A stretch of DNA of 64,000 nucleotides, taken from positions 1-64,000 of the forward strand of contig CAWDYC010000011.1 of NCBI GenBank assembly GCA_963806535.1, given 5' to 3'. A program made the position numbers and the translations under genes. Origin of the DNA: Candidatus Bathyarchaeota archaeon (lineage in GTDB: Archaea > Thermoproteota > Bathyarchaeia > Bathyarchaeales > Bathycorpusculaceae). Below the pieces are notes generated by a model, which was given only the letters and a program-made list of their open reading frames with translations, was not told the DNA's origin and ran no database searches. Shown here piece by piece: positions 32,274-44,695 of this stretch; positions within the stretch are counted from its first letter, which is position 1, and each line of letters starts with the position of its first letter.

Positions 32274-35200
32274 TCTTCAAAGAAACAAGAAGGGAATCGG
32301 TACAGTATTCGGAATGGTATTTTTCCTACTTATAGTCATGGTTGTTTTTGCAAGCTTTGTGATTGTTCTTAATCAAAACACTGGCCTCGAACAGACGACA
32401 ATCAAGGCAAAACAAATGGATTTAGATCGCTACACGGAACTCACAACCGTATCAATCAGCTAACCCTGAAATAGCTGTGTTAAACAGTGTAGTTTACATA
32501 AGCTGCACAATTACAAACAATGGCACGCTTCCCACTGAATTGGTGCGATTATGGATTAAAGACATAACAACAGACACAGTTGGCAACACAATAATGACTC
32601 CATCAATTATCCTTCAACCAGGCAGCAGTATTCAATATTTCAACTTCACTCATGTTGCAAATGCAGGGTCTTCTGACCAGTTTAGCTTTTGGTTTATAAC
32701 AACCAGAGGAAACACAATTTCAGCTTATCCAAACACTAATCAATTTAATGGTATAACACAAGTTGGAACTTTCCCAGGAGTAACTGCTATCAACTCTACT
32801 TACCAAACTGACCAAAATAACCCCTTGCAGTTATCTCTTAACACAACTAAGCCCAATCAACTAATTTATGTGGTTGTGTCATACGATGATGGCAATACCT
32901 TATACACTCCTACCTCAACTCCTAGCCTGACTTGGACTCTGAGAGGTCACATCTTCAGCTACAGATCAAATATAGCTGGGGACAGCATTTTGAAAACCTT
33001 TTATGCCATTAAGCCTTCAACTGGTCCGATAACAATCAACATTCAATCAACTGCTGATGAATTAAGCGATTACTATTGTTCGGCATTAGCATTCGCAATT
33101 AGTGATGTCAACACTACTTCCCCATTTGATGGTTCAGCACAAACTTCTATAGGCCAATCTACCATGCCGCAAGATACAATCAATACTCATTACTCAAATG
33201 AGCTTATAATAGGCGCCCTAGGAATCGACGATCTTAACCCTGCAATAACACCCGGAGCAGGTTTCGGACAAATTATGCCTGTGCAGAGTTCGTACGGAGC
33301 CTCAGGAGAACCTAACGCTATGCCCAGATCAGTATGGAGTGAATGGGATATAATGGCGGCTCCAAGAACCAACTTGCCGGTAAATTGCACTTTTCCTTTT
33401 ACCGAAGATTGGGCTATAATTGTAGATGCTGTCAAATTGGTTGTGATACCTCCAACTGCTCCTGTGAGTCTTTCCCCTACTAGTGGTCCAATTGGTCAGC
33501 CAGTTACGGTTTCTGGGCAGGGTTTTGCAGCCAACTCTCCGCTTATAGCTACATTTGATGGCTCACAAATTCCTTTCAGCTTCACAACTGATGGCTCAGG
33601 CAATATTCCGCCCAGCGCTATCTTCACTGTTCCACAAGGTTCAACAGCAGGCATCAAAAACGTTACTATCATTGACAGCAAATTCAATTATGCTTCAGCT
33701 AATTTCACAGTTACAACTCCTAACATAACTGTGACTCCCCAGTGGCCCAGTTGGAACTACTGTCACGGTAACAGGTTCAAACTTTATTGACTAATTCAAC
33801 TATAACCATCAACTTTGACGGAAATCCAATAGCAACCTCCCCGTCACCTTTAGCTGCGGATGCAACTGGGCGCATTCTCGGCAACTTTTAATTTGAATTT
33901 TAATGAAACAGCAGGAGTTAAAACAGGTTTTGGCAAGTGATGGCATCAATTCTGCCTTTAACACTTTCACTGTTTCTCCTTCAATTACTTTGAACCCGAC
34001 CACTGGTAACATAGGTTCATCCGTTATTGTGACTGGCACAGGTTTTGCCGCTTCTCAACCGGTAACCCTCACGTTTGCTAGTTCAACAGTCGTTACAGTT
34101 CCTGCCAATATCAACACGGATGGCTTTGGCTTTTTCAGCGCTTCTTTCACCATTCCAACAGGTCAAACAGCCGGACGCAAAAACGGTTACCGCGGTTGAT
34201 TATCTCTCAAACACTGCTAATGCCGTATTCACAGTAGCCCCCTCTATCACTCTTAACCCAAACACCGGTAATGCTGGTTCATCCGTTACTGTTTCTGGTT
34301 CAGGTTTCGCAGCTGCAAAGACTCTAACTGCTACATACGCGGGATCATCAGTGACACTCAGCGGCACAACAATCACGGATGCAACTGGCTCATTCTCCGG
34401 CGCGATTTTTATCGTACCAACCACAACAACAGGAGGAGCTCAAACGGTCACAATCAAAGACGCTAACTCAAACACTGGAAGCGGCGCGTTCACCGTAAAC
34501 ACTCTATCTCAGAGTATATCAGTTTCCATGAGCAATTCCGCTCCAACGTCAACAGTGACGATCAACGGCGGTAGCCCTGCGCCTAATCAGTTCGCAGCCG
34601 ACGGGACAACACACAATATTCTGATGGTTGCAGGCGACACATTCACTTTGTCATTCTCAAACAGCGGCAACATTAGAAACGGCTTTATCGTATCAAATGC
34701 CTTCTCAGCAATCTCGTCTTCTTACACGGCTTCAACAAACCCGTTATCGTTAACCGCATTGGAACAAGTTCAGAATACTTTTTCCGCAACAATAATTGGC
34801 GGCAATCCGCCTAATGGCGACTTTGTAGTTCTAACAGGCACATATTTGAGTGTTCCAGGGACTCAACTCGCACCATCTATTAGTGTTGGGGGGCATTCTT
34901 CGGCCAGCAGCCTCGTTTGGAGCGATTATAATACGCCAGTTACTTTTCCAGCATCTACGGCAATAAGCGGAGGCACTGGTTATACAAATGAGCGCTGGAC
35001 CATTGGAAGTGCATCCTCAACCACAGCTTTGACCACAGGTGGAGGCACATATTCTAAGACCTATTATCATCAATTCTTCCAAACATTAAGCTACTCAGTT
35101 TTTGGTGTCGGTTTTCCAACAGCTCCCTCTGCATCAGGCACAACCCTTGGTGTGGCATACGTACCTTCTTTAACTAATTCTCCGACAGGTTACTGGTTTG

Positions 35201-37030
35201 ACACTTCAGGGTCGATCACATTTACCACTTCTGCAGGAGGAATCGGCGAACAGTGGACTCCGGTTCCTGGCGAGTATTTCCGCATCAACTCTGCAAACTC
35301 AGATTGTTAGCATGCATCATCAATATCAAGTTAGCTTTAGCCAGACTGGCATTGATAGTTCAGCTGGAACCAGAACGGTCCTAACGATTGGTTCAACAAA
35401 CTACGCTTACAATACTTTGCCTACCAATGCTTGGGTTGACAATGGCGCGATTTTCAGCTGGATGTCTCCTATTTCAGGTGGCGCAAATAAGCAGTTTGTA
35501 AATACAGGAAGTTCAGGCGCTTCGCCTATATCGGGTGCAGGACCTTACTCTGCTACTTATAATGCCCAGTATCAGCACACAATAACCAGCTCGCCAGGTA
35601 CTGGAAGCGGATACATCACAGTAGATGGAGTTGCCCAATCAACGCCTTACACAACGCCATGGTGGGATAGTGGTTCAACTCACACAATTGCCGCGAGTTC
35701 AACCGTAAGCATAGTTACTGGGCAAAGACAATACCAGTACCTAAGCTGGAGCGACGGAGGAGCACAATCACACACTGTGTCCCCAACCGTACTTACAACT
35801 TACACTGCTAACTACCAACAGCAATACTATTTTGCAGTTTCATCCACAAATGACAGCCCAACCGGATCTGGTTGGTATCCCGCGGGAACTATTATCGCGT
35901 CAACTGTAACAACTCCTGTTTCTGGAGGAACTGGAATCCAATACGTAACTACGGGCTGGACGGGTACAGGCAGTTTAAGTTCAGGTGGAACAACTGGCTC
36001 AAGTAGCACAGGATCGTTTACTATAAATGCTTACACAACTTGCACATGGAATTGGAAGACTCAGTATCACGTAACTTTCGCTGCTTCGAACTTGGGATCT
36101 GTTGCGCCTACTACAAGAGTGTTGAATGTCGGCGGCTCCGATGTCCTGTTTAGTCAACTTCCCTACACAAATTGGTTTGACAGCGGGACCTCCTACAGTT
36201 ATTACTCTGCGGTTGCAGGTTCAGTCTCTGGAACACAGTTTACTTTGACAGGTACTTCTCCCGTCTCACCAATTAGTGGAACTACTGGAACCACAGTAAC
36301 TGGAACTTACAAGACTCAGTATCAGTATACAGTAACTTCTGCCGCCGGCACTACTGGCGGACAAACTACTGGCTACTATGACGCAGGAACAAGCATCACT
36401 TCTTCAATCTCCGCAACAGTAAACATTGCAGGCCCACCAGTAATCAGCTACACTACTATGGGATTTACAGGAACTGGAAATGCACCATCAAGCGGCTCAA
36501 CGACAACAGTCAGCTTCACCTTAAACCAGCCATCATCGGTCACATGGCACTGGAACGGTCAAATGACATTAATCCCCGATGCAAGTCTAAATGAAGGCAT
36601 TGCAAGCGAAAACCCCAATGGGTCTGATCATTCGGTTGATGTATCAGACAGCAGCGATAGCACATACGTATATGTTAGTTCAAACAGCGGCACTTACTCC
36701 GATTCATACTCACTTCAATCAGTCGGCTCAATGTCAGGTACAATCAGCAGCGTTACTCAATCCATGCGCATATACGTATCATCAACAACAAGTGGTTCTT
36801 ATGCAACAACCTCACTCACGCTCGGAGGCAACACAGTAACAAGTAATCAATTCACGCCGGCTTCGACGAATACATTTACTACTCATTCAGATACTTTCAC
36901 AAGACCTGGAGGCGGATCTTGGACAATGGCCGATCTAAATAACCTTCAAAGCGGACTAACTCTACACCGTACATCTGGCACAACTATTAGATGCTCTGAA
37001 GTTTGGATAGTGGTTAACTTTAGTACATGA
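32256..37030 (+). CDS. Giant pilin-adhesin fusion, cassette 2 (about 1590 aa; several frameshifts)
   Basis: NKKG/IGTVFGMVFFLLIVMVVF signal peptide; ORFs 32477..33790, 33903..34199, 34075..35310 and 35198..37030 are colinear with the cassette 1 adhesin and share the SEVWIVVNFST end. Confidence 0.8.
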
Positions 37031-37223
37031 TTCCAAATCCAAATTTTTTCTTTTTGGACACTTCTAACAACGCAATTAATGAAGATTAAGAAAAAGGAGA
37101 CAAAAACTTGAAATCAAATAGAAGAACAAAATCATCCTTAATTGTCGTTATGGCAAACTCAAAAACCTTGTATCGATTACCCAATTTTACATGGTTTATA
37201 TTGACTCTTAAGGAATTAATCGT

Positions 37224-38860
37224 GTGGTCGCTAACTTGAAGATCTGGAAACGTGAAAAAAAATCTGAGCAATCACAATTACCAACAGAAAATGCTTCAGT
37301 TATAGATGAGGATACACCTGGTCCTGCTGTGGAAACTCACACAGATGCTGCTGGGGGTTCAGAAGTTCCTGAAACATTCAAAGAGCATTATCCTCTTTTG
37401 CTTCCTTTTTCGTATGCAGCAATTGTTGAAGACGAAAAAAACGAAGTAAAATATTCACTTCTTGAGCCAACGTTAACAGAATTAGATAAACAAATGCTTA
37501 GACTGAGCTTAAAAATATTCTTTGGGATGAACTTTCAATTAACACAAAAAGTTTCAAAAATGGAGCAGGAAGCAGAAGAATTCTTAAAATATAAAATTTT
37601 GGATACAGCAATAAAATATCGCATAAATGTGGACGCCAACACACTGGGCAAATATCAGTATTACATCACCCGAGATTTCTTAGGTTTTGGAAAAATAGAT
37701 GGAATAATGAGAGACGAAAACATTGAAGACGTCTCCTGCGATGGCATTAACTCGCCAGTGTTTGTTTGGCACCGCAAATATGAATCCATACCCTCAAACG
37801 TAATATTTGAAACTCATCAGGAACTGGAAAACTTTGTTTTCAAACTTGCCTATCTTTGTGGCAGACACATCTCCATCGCGCAACCAATCCTTGACGGAAC
37901 ATTAACTGATGGCAGCCGAGCCCAAGTAACATATGGAACAGAAGTAACACCTAAAGGCAGCACCTTCACAATTAGAAAATTCAAAAAAACCCCTCTCACC
38001 ATCACCGACTTAATAATTTACAAGGCACTGTCACCCGAAATCGCAGCTTATTACTGGTTCTTAATAGAAAACAGACACTCAGTCATGATCGGCGGCGACA
38101 TCGGTGGAGGAAAAACCTCAATGCTCAACGCCATCAGCCTATTCATTAGACCAACACTAAAAATAGTAAGCATAGAAGACACACAAGAAATACGTTTACC
38201 TCATCAAAACTGGGAAATGATGGTTACAAGACAAGGCTTAGGCACAGGCGCAGGAGCAGTAGGTGAAGCAGGAATTGGCAGCATCAGCATGTTCGACCTA
38301 CTCCGAGCAGCCCTAAGACAAAGACCAGACTTCATCATCGTAGGCGAAATCCGAGGCGAAGAAGCCTACGCACTATTCCAAGCCATGGCAACAGGACACT
38401 TAGGCTTAACAACCATACACGCAGAACATGTACAAGGTGTCCTACACCGACTAACAACAAAACCAATGAACATTCCCCAAACCCAAGTAGAAAACCTAAA
38501 CGCTATCTCAATCGTCCGAAGACTAGTCGTAAACAACGTCTCTCTAAGAAGAACAATAAGCGTATCTGAAATGGTCGGTTGGGACAAAGAAAAAAACGAC
38601 TTCAAAATCCAAGACATATTCAGATGGGACGCAGAAAAAGACATCTACGTTAAGGTAGCAAGAAGCCCACTTACTAGATAGAATAGCAGCTCAATGGGGA
38701 TACTCACAAGAAGAAATAGATCAAGAACTACAAATGAGACAAACAATTCTCGAGTACATGGTTAGAAAACACATACGCTCCTACGAAGACGTCTCCAAAC
38801 TGGTGCTTAGATTACTTCTCTGACCCACAACAAATATACCGAAAAGCAAAAGTGAGCTAA
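37224..38860 (+). CDS. Type IV pilus assembly ATPase (VirB11/ArlI/TadA family); frameshifts near 3' end
   Basis: Walker A GDIGGGKTS, SIEDTQE, LRQRPDFIIVGEIRGEEA, TGHLGLTTIHA. Confidence 0.95.
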
Positions 38861-38862
38861 GA

Positions 38863-39747
38863 ATGAAATTTGAACCCTGGGCAACAGCATACAATCTGCT
38901 TAACAAGAAATTAGAAAAAATATACCCGCAATTTCAAGAGCTCCATATTCAACTCAAAAAAGGCGGCGTACTGATAGCATTCAAGGCTTACATTGCCTTC
39001 ATGGTGCTAATTTCAATAATTGCTTTTGCAGCCGCAATCCCCATATCATTTATCCTCTTGCCACTTTTAACTGGTATTCCATTTCTGTCAGTAATGAATT
39101 TCTTATTTAGCTTTAGTTATTGCAGCATCAGCAGCAATGATAACTTTAATGATAATGTACCTTTATCCAGGAATGAAAGCAAGCAGCAGAAAAGGACCAA
39201 TAGACAGAAATCTTGCCTTACATAACCAACTTTCTAACTCTTCTCTCAAGCTCAAATGTTCCACCAAGCATTATTTTCGAGTCAATGGCCAAAGATTGAT
39301 ACTCTCAAAGAAGTACGCTTGGAATTTAGCAATATTATAAGAGACATAGAACTCTTTGGCAATGACCTTATGAGTTCAATCGTTGACAACGCCAAACTAA
39401 CACCCAATGATCAACTCGGCGAAATTCTCGAAGGTTACGTTGCAACAGTAAGAACAGGAGGAAACCCAACAGAATATCTAAAAATTACAACAGAAACAGT
39501 AACAAAAGAGCGAATGGGCAAACTAGACATGATGCTGGAATCACTTTCAGCCATGGCAGAAATCTACATTATGATGCTAGTCGCTGCTCCATTGCTTTTC
39601 ATCGTTCTTTTCGTTACATTAGGCATGATAGGCAGCGGCTCAATTGGAGGCATGAGCATGTCACTGGTTCTTTACCTGCTGACCTACCTTGGAATCCCAA
39701 TAATGGGTGCAATAATGATGGTTATAATGTCAACATTCGAAAAGTGA
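38863..39747 (+). CDS. Type II secretion system F / TadB-TadC-like membrane platform protein; frameshifted
   Basis: EFSNIIRDIELFGNDL..TGGNPTEYL..SLSAMAEIY and flanking TM segments. Confidence 0.88.
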
Positions 39748-39754
39748 GAGCTAA

Positions 39755-40585
39755 ATGAGAATAACCAAAAAAACAATAAAAAGAATATCAATCATTTCTG
39801 CATGCAGCAGCAATAATCTTCTTCATTTCCGCATTATTTTTCTATCTTTTGTCTCCAACATTAGACTATATGATGGTAATAGCTCTAGCAATAGGTGTCG
39901 CTACCTCCAGGCATCGCAAGCATCATACACAATAGATGGAAAACTAAAATTGAAAAAGCAACCCCTGAATTTCTAAGAGACTTAGCTACTGCATCAAGAA
40001 CAGGAATACCCTTACAAGTAGCCTTAGAACATGCTTCCAAACGAGTCTATGGCCCACTAACATATGAACTAAAAATATTAGTAGCACACATGAGTTGGGG
40101 CATGAACTTTAATGAAGCTCTAATAGAATTTAGCAGACAGAATAGATTTGCCTCTAATCAAAAAAGCAACCGTCCTGATAAATGAAGCAGGAAAACACGG
40201 AGGAGACTTATCAGACATCTTTGACTCAACAGCAAAATACCTTGAAAACATCAATGCATGGACCGAAAAAAGAAGACAACAAACAACACCCTACGTTCTA
40301 ATATTCTACTTCTCAGTCTTCATGTTCTTATTCATAATCATAATCATTTCAAACATGATGTTCGCTCCCCTAAGCCAAACAGCAGCAGGACAAGTATCTT
40401 TCATTAAGCCAATAATATCACAAGCAGCATCAAGACGACTATTTCTCCATGCCGCTTTAATAGAATCACTATTCGGAGGATTAATCGCAGGAAAAATCAA
40501 CGAAGATTCATTTGCTGACGGATTAAAACACGTAGCTGTTTTAGCAGTTGCTTCAGGATTAGCATTCTATCTGTTCCTCCATTAA
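39755..40585 (+). CDS. Type II secretion system F / TadC-like protein; frameshifted
   Basis: PEFLRDLATASRTGIPL..YGPLTYEL..SWGMNFNEAL..GLIAGKI. Confidence 0.88.
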
Positions 40586-40644
40586 ACAAAACGATATAAG
40601 TATAAATGAGAAACATAAACCGAAAATAGGAAGTTGCTGAGACA

Positions 40645-41845
40645 ATGAAGAAAAGTCAAGAACAAAAAGCAGAGATTAAAAAAACCAGCGGAGCAGCCAA
40701 ACAATATTCTTCAGACAAGAAAGAATCAATTAATACTATTGATGTTGAAGACAAAATAGAACTTGAAAGAAGAGAAGCATACATTGAGCCCAAAACACGC
40801 GACCTCCTAAGAAAACTGCTTCAGGATGGAGATAGAAGAAGAAATAATTCCTATTTACGCTCCAGGTTTAGGATTTGTTTATCAAGTAACAAGTAGCAAC
40901 ATCAGGTAAAAACGAAACAGATCAGATCTCAAAAGATTGTTTAGAAAATCTCGCTCAACTAGACATACTTCAAAAAAGCTTCTTTGATTCAGTATCAGCA
41001 TGCCCAAATTGCAAATCAACAATCATGACTCTGCATAATCGATGCCCAAAATGCAAAAGCCACAACGTTGAAAAAACAAGCTTAACCGAACATATTCCAT
41101 GCGGATACATCGACCAAAGAGACAAATACATAAATGATCGCTGTCCAAAATGCGGAGAATCCCTTGATTGAAGGCCAATACAGAAACATGGGACGTTGGT
41201 ATGTATGTCAAGAATGCGGCGAAAAATTTGAAAATCCAGAATTTGACCTAATTTGTCGCAACTGCAACAAAAACTTCACAATAAAAGAAGCGCATGTAAC
41301 AGAAATACCAAAATTCTCATTAAACTTGAATCGAAAGAAAGAAATAAGACAAAACGTTGCAAGCCTAGAAGATATCAGAATACTTCTAACTGACTTAGGC
41401 TTCAGCATTGAAATACCTGGATTAACAGTTGGACAAAAAAGCGGAATGCAACATCACTTTAGCCTTATAGCTAAAAAACAGATCAGTAGCGGACAAGAAA
41501 TCGTTATAGCTCTTGATCATGCAGTAAGCGAATCAGAAGTTCAAACTTCACCGCTAATACTGTACCTTTACAAAACTTCAGAAGTAAAAGTTGATATTCC
41601 AATATTTGTCGCGATACCAGAGCTTAAGTGAAACAGCAAAGAAAATAGCCCAAGGTCATGACATTCTTTTAATTGAAGGATCAACCGAGCAAGCTCAAGC
41701 AATAAACAAAATCAAAAATGCAATCAATGAAAGGATGATCAAAATAGACCAAAAAATAGTCGATGAATCCAAAAATCAACAACCAGAAATCAAACCAGAA
41801 ACAAAATCCTTCTTCGGCAAATTACGAGGAGTAAAAAAACCCTGA
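40645..41845 (+). CDS. TackOD1-like multi-Zn-finger protein with C-terminal restriction-endonuclease-like domain; frameshifted
   Basis: Joined frames give CPNCKS..RCPKCKS..EHIPCGY..RCPKCG..YVCQECGEKF..LICRNC followed by GQKSGMQHHFSLIAK. Confidence 0.7.
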
Positions 41846-41914
41846 CTTAAAGATATCCGTAGGGACAAACTCTTGAAATGTATCAATTAGGAAATCAGCC
41901 TATTTCCAAAGTAC

Positions 41915-42292
41915 TTAGTTTTGATTAACGCTAAGGTTTTTTGCTTTTAGCTCTACCTGTTTCGTTGCTGGAATAATGGATTTTAACTCAGCATTATATT
42001 CGGTCATCAAATATTGTCCTTTCCTTGTAATTCGGTATTGTCTTCGGGCTCTCCCTAAGGTGAAATCCCAGCTTGACGCTACGAGTCCCTGCTTCTCCAA
42101 ATTTCTGAGCTCAGGATATATGGTTGAAGGACCCAATCGTATGCCGAACTTTTTGTTCAATGAACTGTATATTGCATAGCCATGTAGGCCGCGTTCGGAG
42201 TTCTCATTTATCAGGTTGAGTAGAATGCTTTCGAGGAGGGCTCCGTGGAAAATTTTTTTATACATAATTTTTTGCTCCTTTCGAGAGTTCAA
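41915..42292 (-). CDS. PadR-family transcription regulator
   Basis: LHGYAIY..LGPSTIYPELRNLEKQGLV..RRQYRITRKG. Confidence 0.9.
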   Translation of the reverse strand: MNSRKEQKIMYKKIFHGALLESILLNLINENSERGLHGYAIYSSLNKKFGIRLGPSTIYPELRNLEKQGLVASSWDFTLGRARRQYRITRKGQYLMTEYNAELKSIIPATKQVELKAKNLSVNQN

Positions 42293-42580
42293 AAATCTTG
42301 ATTAAGATGTATTAAGAATAAAGACTGAAGATATATAAGATTGTGTAGTAGTTATGGCGCTACAACATCCAAAAAAGCGTCTCGTTTCTGATGCGTTTGA
42401 ATTTCTTTATGATTGTACATGGTTGGAACACTTCAAGTCAATAGTGAATCAAACGGGGGCCTCAAAACATTATTTTTTAGTACCATAATCTTGTTAACTA
42501 TTCCGGAAACGAAATATTCCACTATCGAAATACGCCTTAAAAAGCAAAAGCGCTAAGTTCAACTTAGGAAATAGGACGAT

Positions 42581-43150
42581 ATGGCAGAAAACCCCGGCTC
42601 GAAAGATAAATCATTAGAGACTTTAGATTTCATAATCAATGTTCTGAAAGAACATGAAATAAATTTGGACAAGACGATTGATGATTTGTCAAGAGTTATC
42701 GAGCAAATAAGGGACACTACAGCCGGATTAAAAGGTAAAGTTGAAGAATCTGAAGAAAAAATAAACAACTTACAAAAAGAAGTGGCAAATCTAATTGGCT
42801 TCTTGTCAAGCGCACCCAAGAAAGCCTTACCTGCCGAGACAAACCAGCAGGAGCCTAAGAATCAAGCAGCGTCAGTCGTGGCTTCAACAGCTATTCAAGG
42901 AAAGCCTACTTTGATTTTGCGATGTAACAATTGGAGCGATTTTCAGGATTTGGCAATGCATGCACAAAAGTTGTCTTTTAGCTATAAAGAGGACGAAAAG
43001 GTTTTCCAAGCTCACGCGATCACTGGAAATCAAATGATCACGTATGAAGGAGCACTTCCAAACTTCTCGATAATTCTTAAAAAATGGCTTTCTGGACAAT
43101 TAAACATTAATGATCAGGATATTTTGGAAGTCTCCTTGGATAAGCCCTAA
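42581..43150 (+). CDS. Hypothetical protein with N-terminal coiled coil
   Basis: 189-aa ORF, LDFIINVLKEHE coiled coil followed by a small alpha/beta domain. Confidence 0.7.
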   Translation: MAENPGSKDKSLETLDFIINVLKEHEINLDKTIDDLSRVIEQIRDTTAGLKGKVEESEEKINNLQKEVANLIGFLSSAPKKALPAETNQQEPKNQAASVVASTAIQGKPTLILRCNNWSDFQDLAMHAQKLSFSYKEDEKVFQAHAITGNQMITYEGALPNFSIILKKWLSGQLNINDQDILEVSLDKP

Positions 43151-43323
43151 AACGATTATACCTGGATTTCATAATATTTTAGTAGCAAAGTTTTGACTTT
43201 GAAATACTAAACCAATTTAGATTTCGAATTTGGCGATGAAAAATTGAGAAAGCTGCTTCTGTTGACGTATTTTGAGATTTTCTTCGCGTGTGTGCACTTG
43301 GATTTGAGTCGATGATTTGAGTT

Positions 43324-43767
43324 CTAGATTGTTATTTCTTTGACTCGTGTTTCAATGAATTCGGCTACTTTTTGTTCACAAAAAGTCTTTTCCTCTTCTT
43401 GGAGGTGCAATTGTTCTTTTACTGTATCAAGCAGTTTCTCAACATTCACAGGCTTGATAAGATATGCGTCTGCATTTTTGTTTACGGCTGTGATTGCATT
43501 TTGCATTGATGGATAACCAGTTACCATGATTTTTCGAGTTCGTGGAACATTGTCTTTGATCAATTTCAGCAGTTCTACGCCTTCCATGTCTGGCAATCGA
43601 ATATCTAAAAGTGCAATGTTGTATGTTTTTTCTTGAGTCATTTCGATGGCTTCATTTCCATCGACGGCCAAGTCTACGTTGTATCCTTCGTCTTCAAGTA
43701 TAGCTTTCATGGTTTTTCTTATATTTTCGTCGTCATCAACTATTATGATTCTTGCTTGTTTTTCCAC
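43324..43767 (-). CDS. Stand-alone response regulator receiver protein
   Basis: IIIVDDD, LLDIRLPDMEG, TG and YLIKP motifs. Confidence 0.95.
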   Translation of the reverse strand: MEKQARIIIVDDDENIRKTMKAILEDEGYNVDLAVDGNEAIEMTQEKTYNIALLDIRLPDMEGVELLKLIKDNVPRTRKIMVTGYPSMQNAITAVNKNADAYLIKPVNVEKLLDTVKEQLHLQEEEKTFCEQKVAEFIETRVKEITI

Positions 43768-43793
43768 ATTTATTCACCTTTGATTTTTTTTTC

Positions 43794-44354
43794 TTAATTA
43801 CTGGGAACTTCTGTTTTTTTGAGTGGTTCAGTATTTTTGTTGGAGTTACAATATTCTTCGCGTGTTTTTTGGACGTACTCTGTAAATGACATGTCATCTA
43901 TTATCCAGTTGGATAAAGCCAATTCGGACCCATTAGTTTCAACATTGATCTTTATTTTTGAATAGAGATTTTTCATAAATTTAATTTCAAGACGACTTGC
44001 GCCTAACCCAAAGATTTTGTGCATGATGTTTGTGAATTCATCGATTTGATCAGGTATTTCATTTTTCGGGATGTTGAAATTGTTTTCTAACTGAAAATAT
44101 ACTGCATTTTTAACTGGCTCACCCAATGATGTTAGAGCTTCGTCAACTGCTTGAATTAAATATTCGTTAAACTTTTCTCGGGCTGAACAATTTGGAGTTT
44201 GCTCCTCATTGTTTTGGTCTGCTTTTTCTGAATTAAACAAGTTTATTTCTAGTAAATCTGGTTTTTGGGTTGAGAGTGAACTTGGATCTGACATGTTATT
44301 TGTGCCTCTTTGGCTTCCCGTTTCTTTTTTTTCGAAGACGGTTAGTTTTGGCAT
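43794..44354 (-). CDS. NitrOD5-like helical domain protein
   Basis: AVDEALTSLGEPVKNAVYFQLENNFNIPKNEIPDQIDEF..KIFGLGASRLEI. Confidence 0.65.
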   Translation of the reverse strand: MPKLTVFEKKETGSQRGTNNMSDPSSLSTQKPDLLEINLFNSEKADQNNEEQTPNCSAREKFNEYLIQAVDEALTSLGEPVKNAVYFQLENNFNIPKNEIPDQIDEFTNIMHKIFGLGASRLEIKFMKNLYSKIKINVETNGSELALSNWIIDDMSFTEYVQKTREEYCNSNKNTEPLKKTEVPSN

Positions 44355-44695
44355 TTTTTTTCCTTCAATTGCTTTTAGTTGTTAATCTTTTTTGTGTAAA
44401 GTATTGAACTTTGTAATATACTGAAAAATGGGCTATCTTGTATATAAACATTTAAGATATAATATACCTATTTGAAATACATGCTTTGAAAAAATCTTGG
44501 AATAACTTCAAAATAAGCAGCCCTGATATTTGCAAAATTCAATTAGTTGATCAGTGTTATTTGTATCGTAATTTATCATATATAAGATTTCGAAATATCC
44601 CTTTTATTGCGTAAATGGAAACATAAAGATAGAAAAATGAAAGATATGAAAGACGCCTAACTTAAAGCGCCATATATGAAAGGAGAAAAAAAATC

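Noticed and set aside
22401-40585. Archaellum operon
   Set aside because: No ArlH, ArlF/G or single ArlJ-type gene and no chemotaxis genes; two TadB/C-type genes and pilin-type subunits indicate a pilus.
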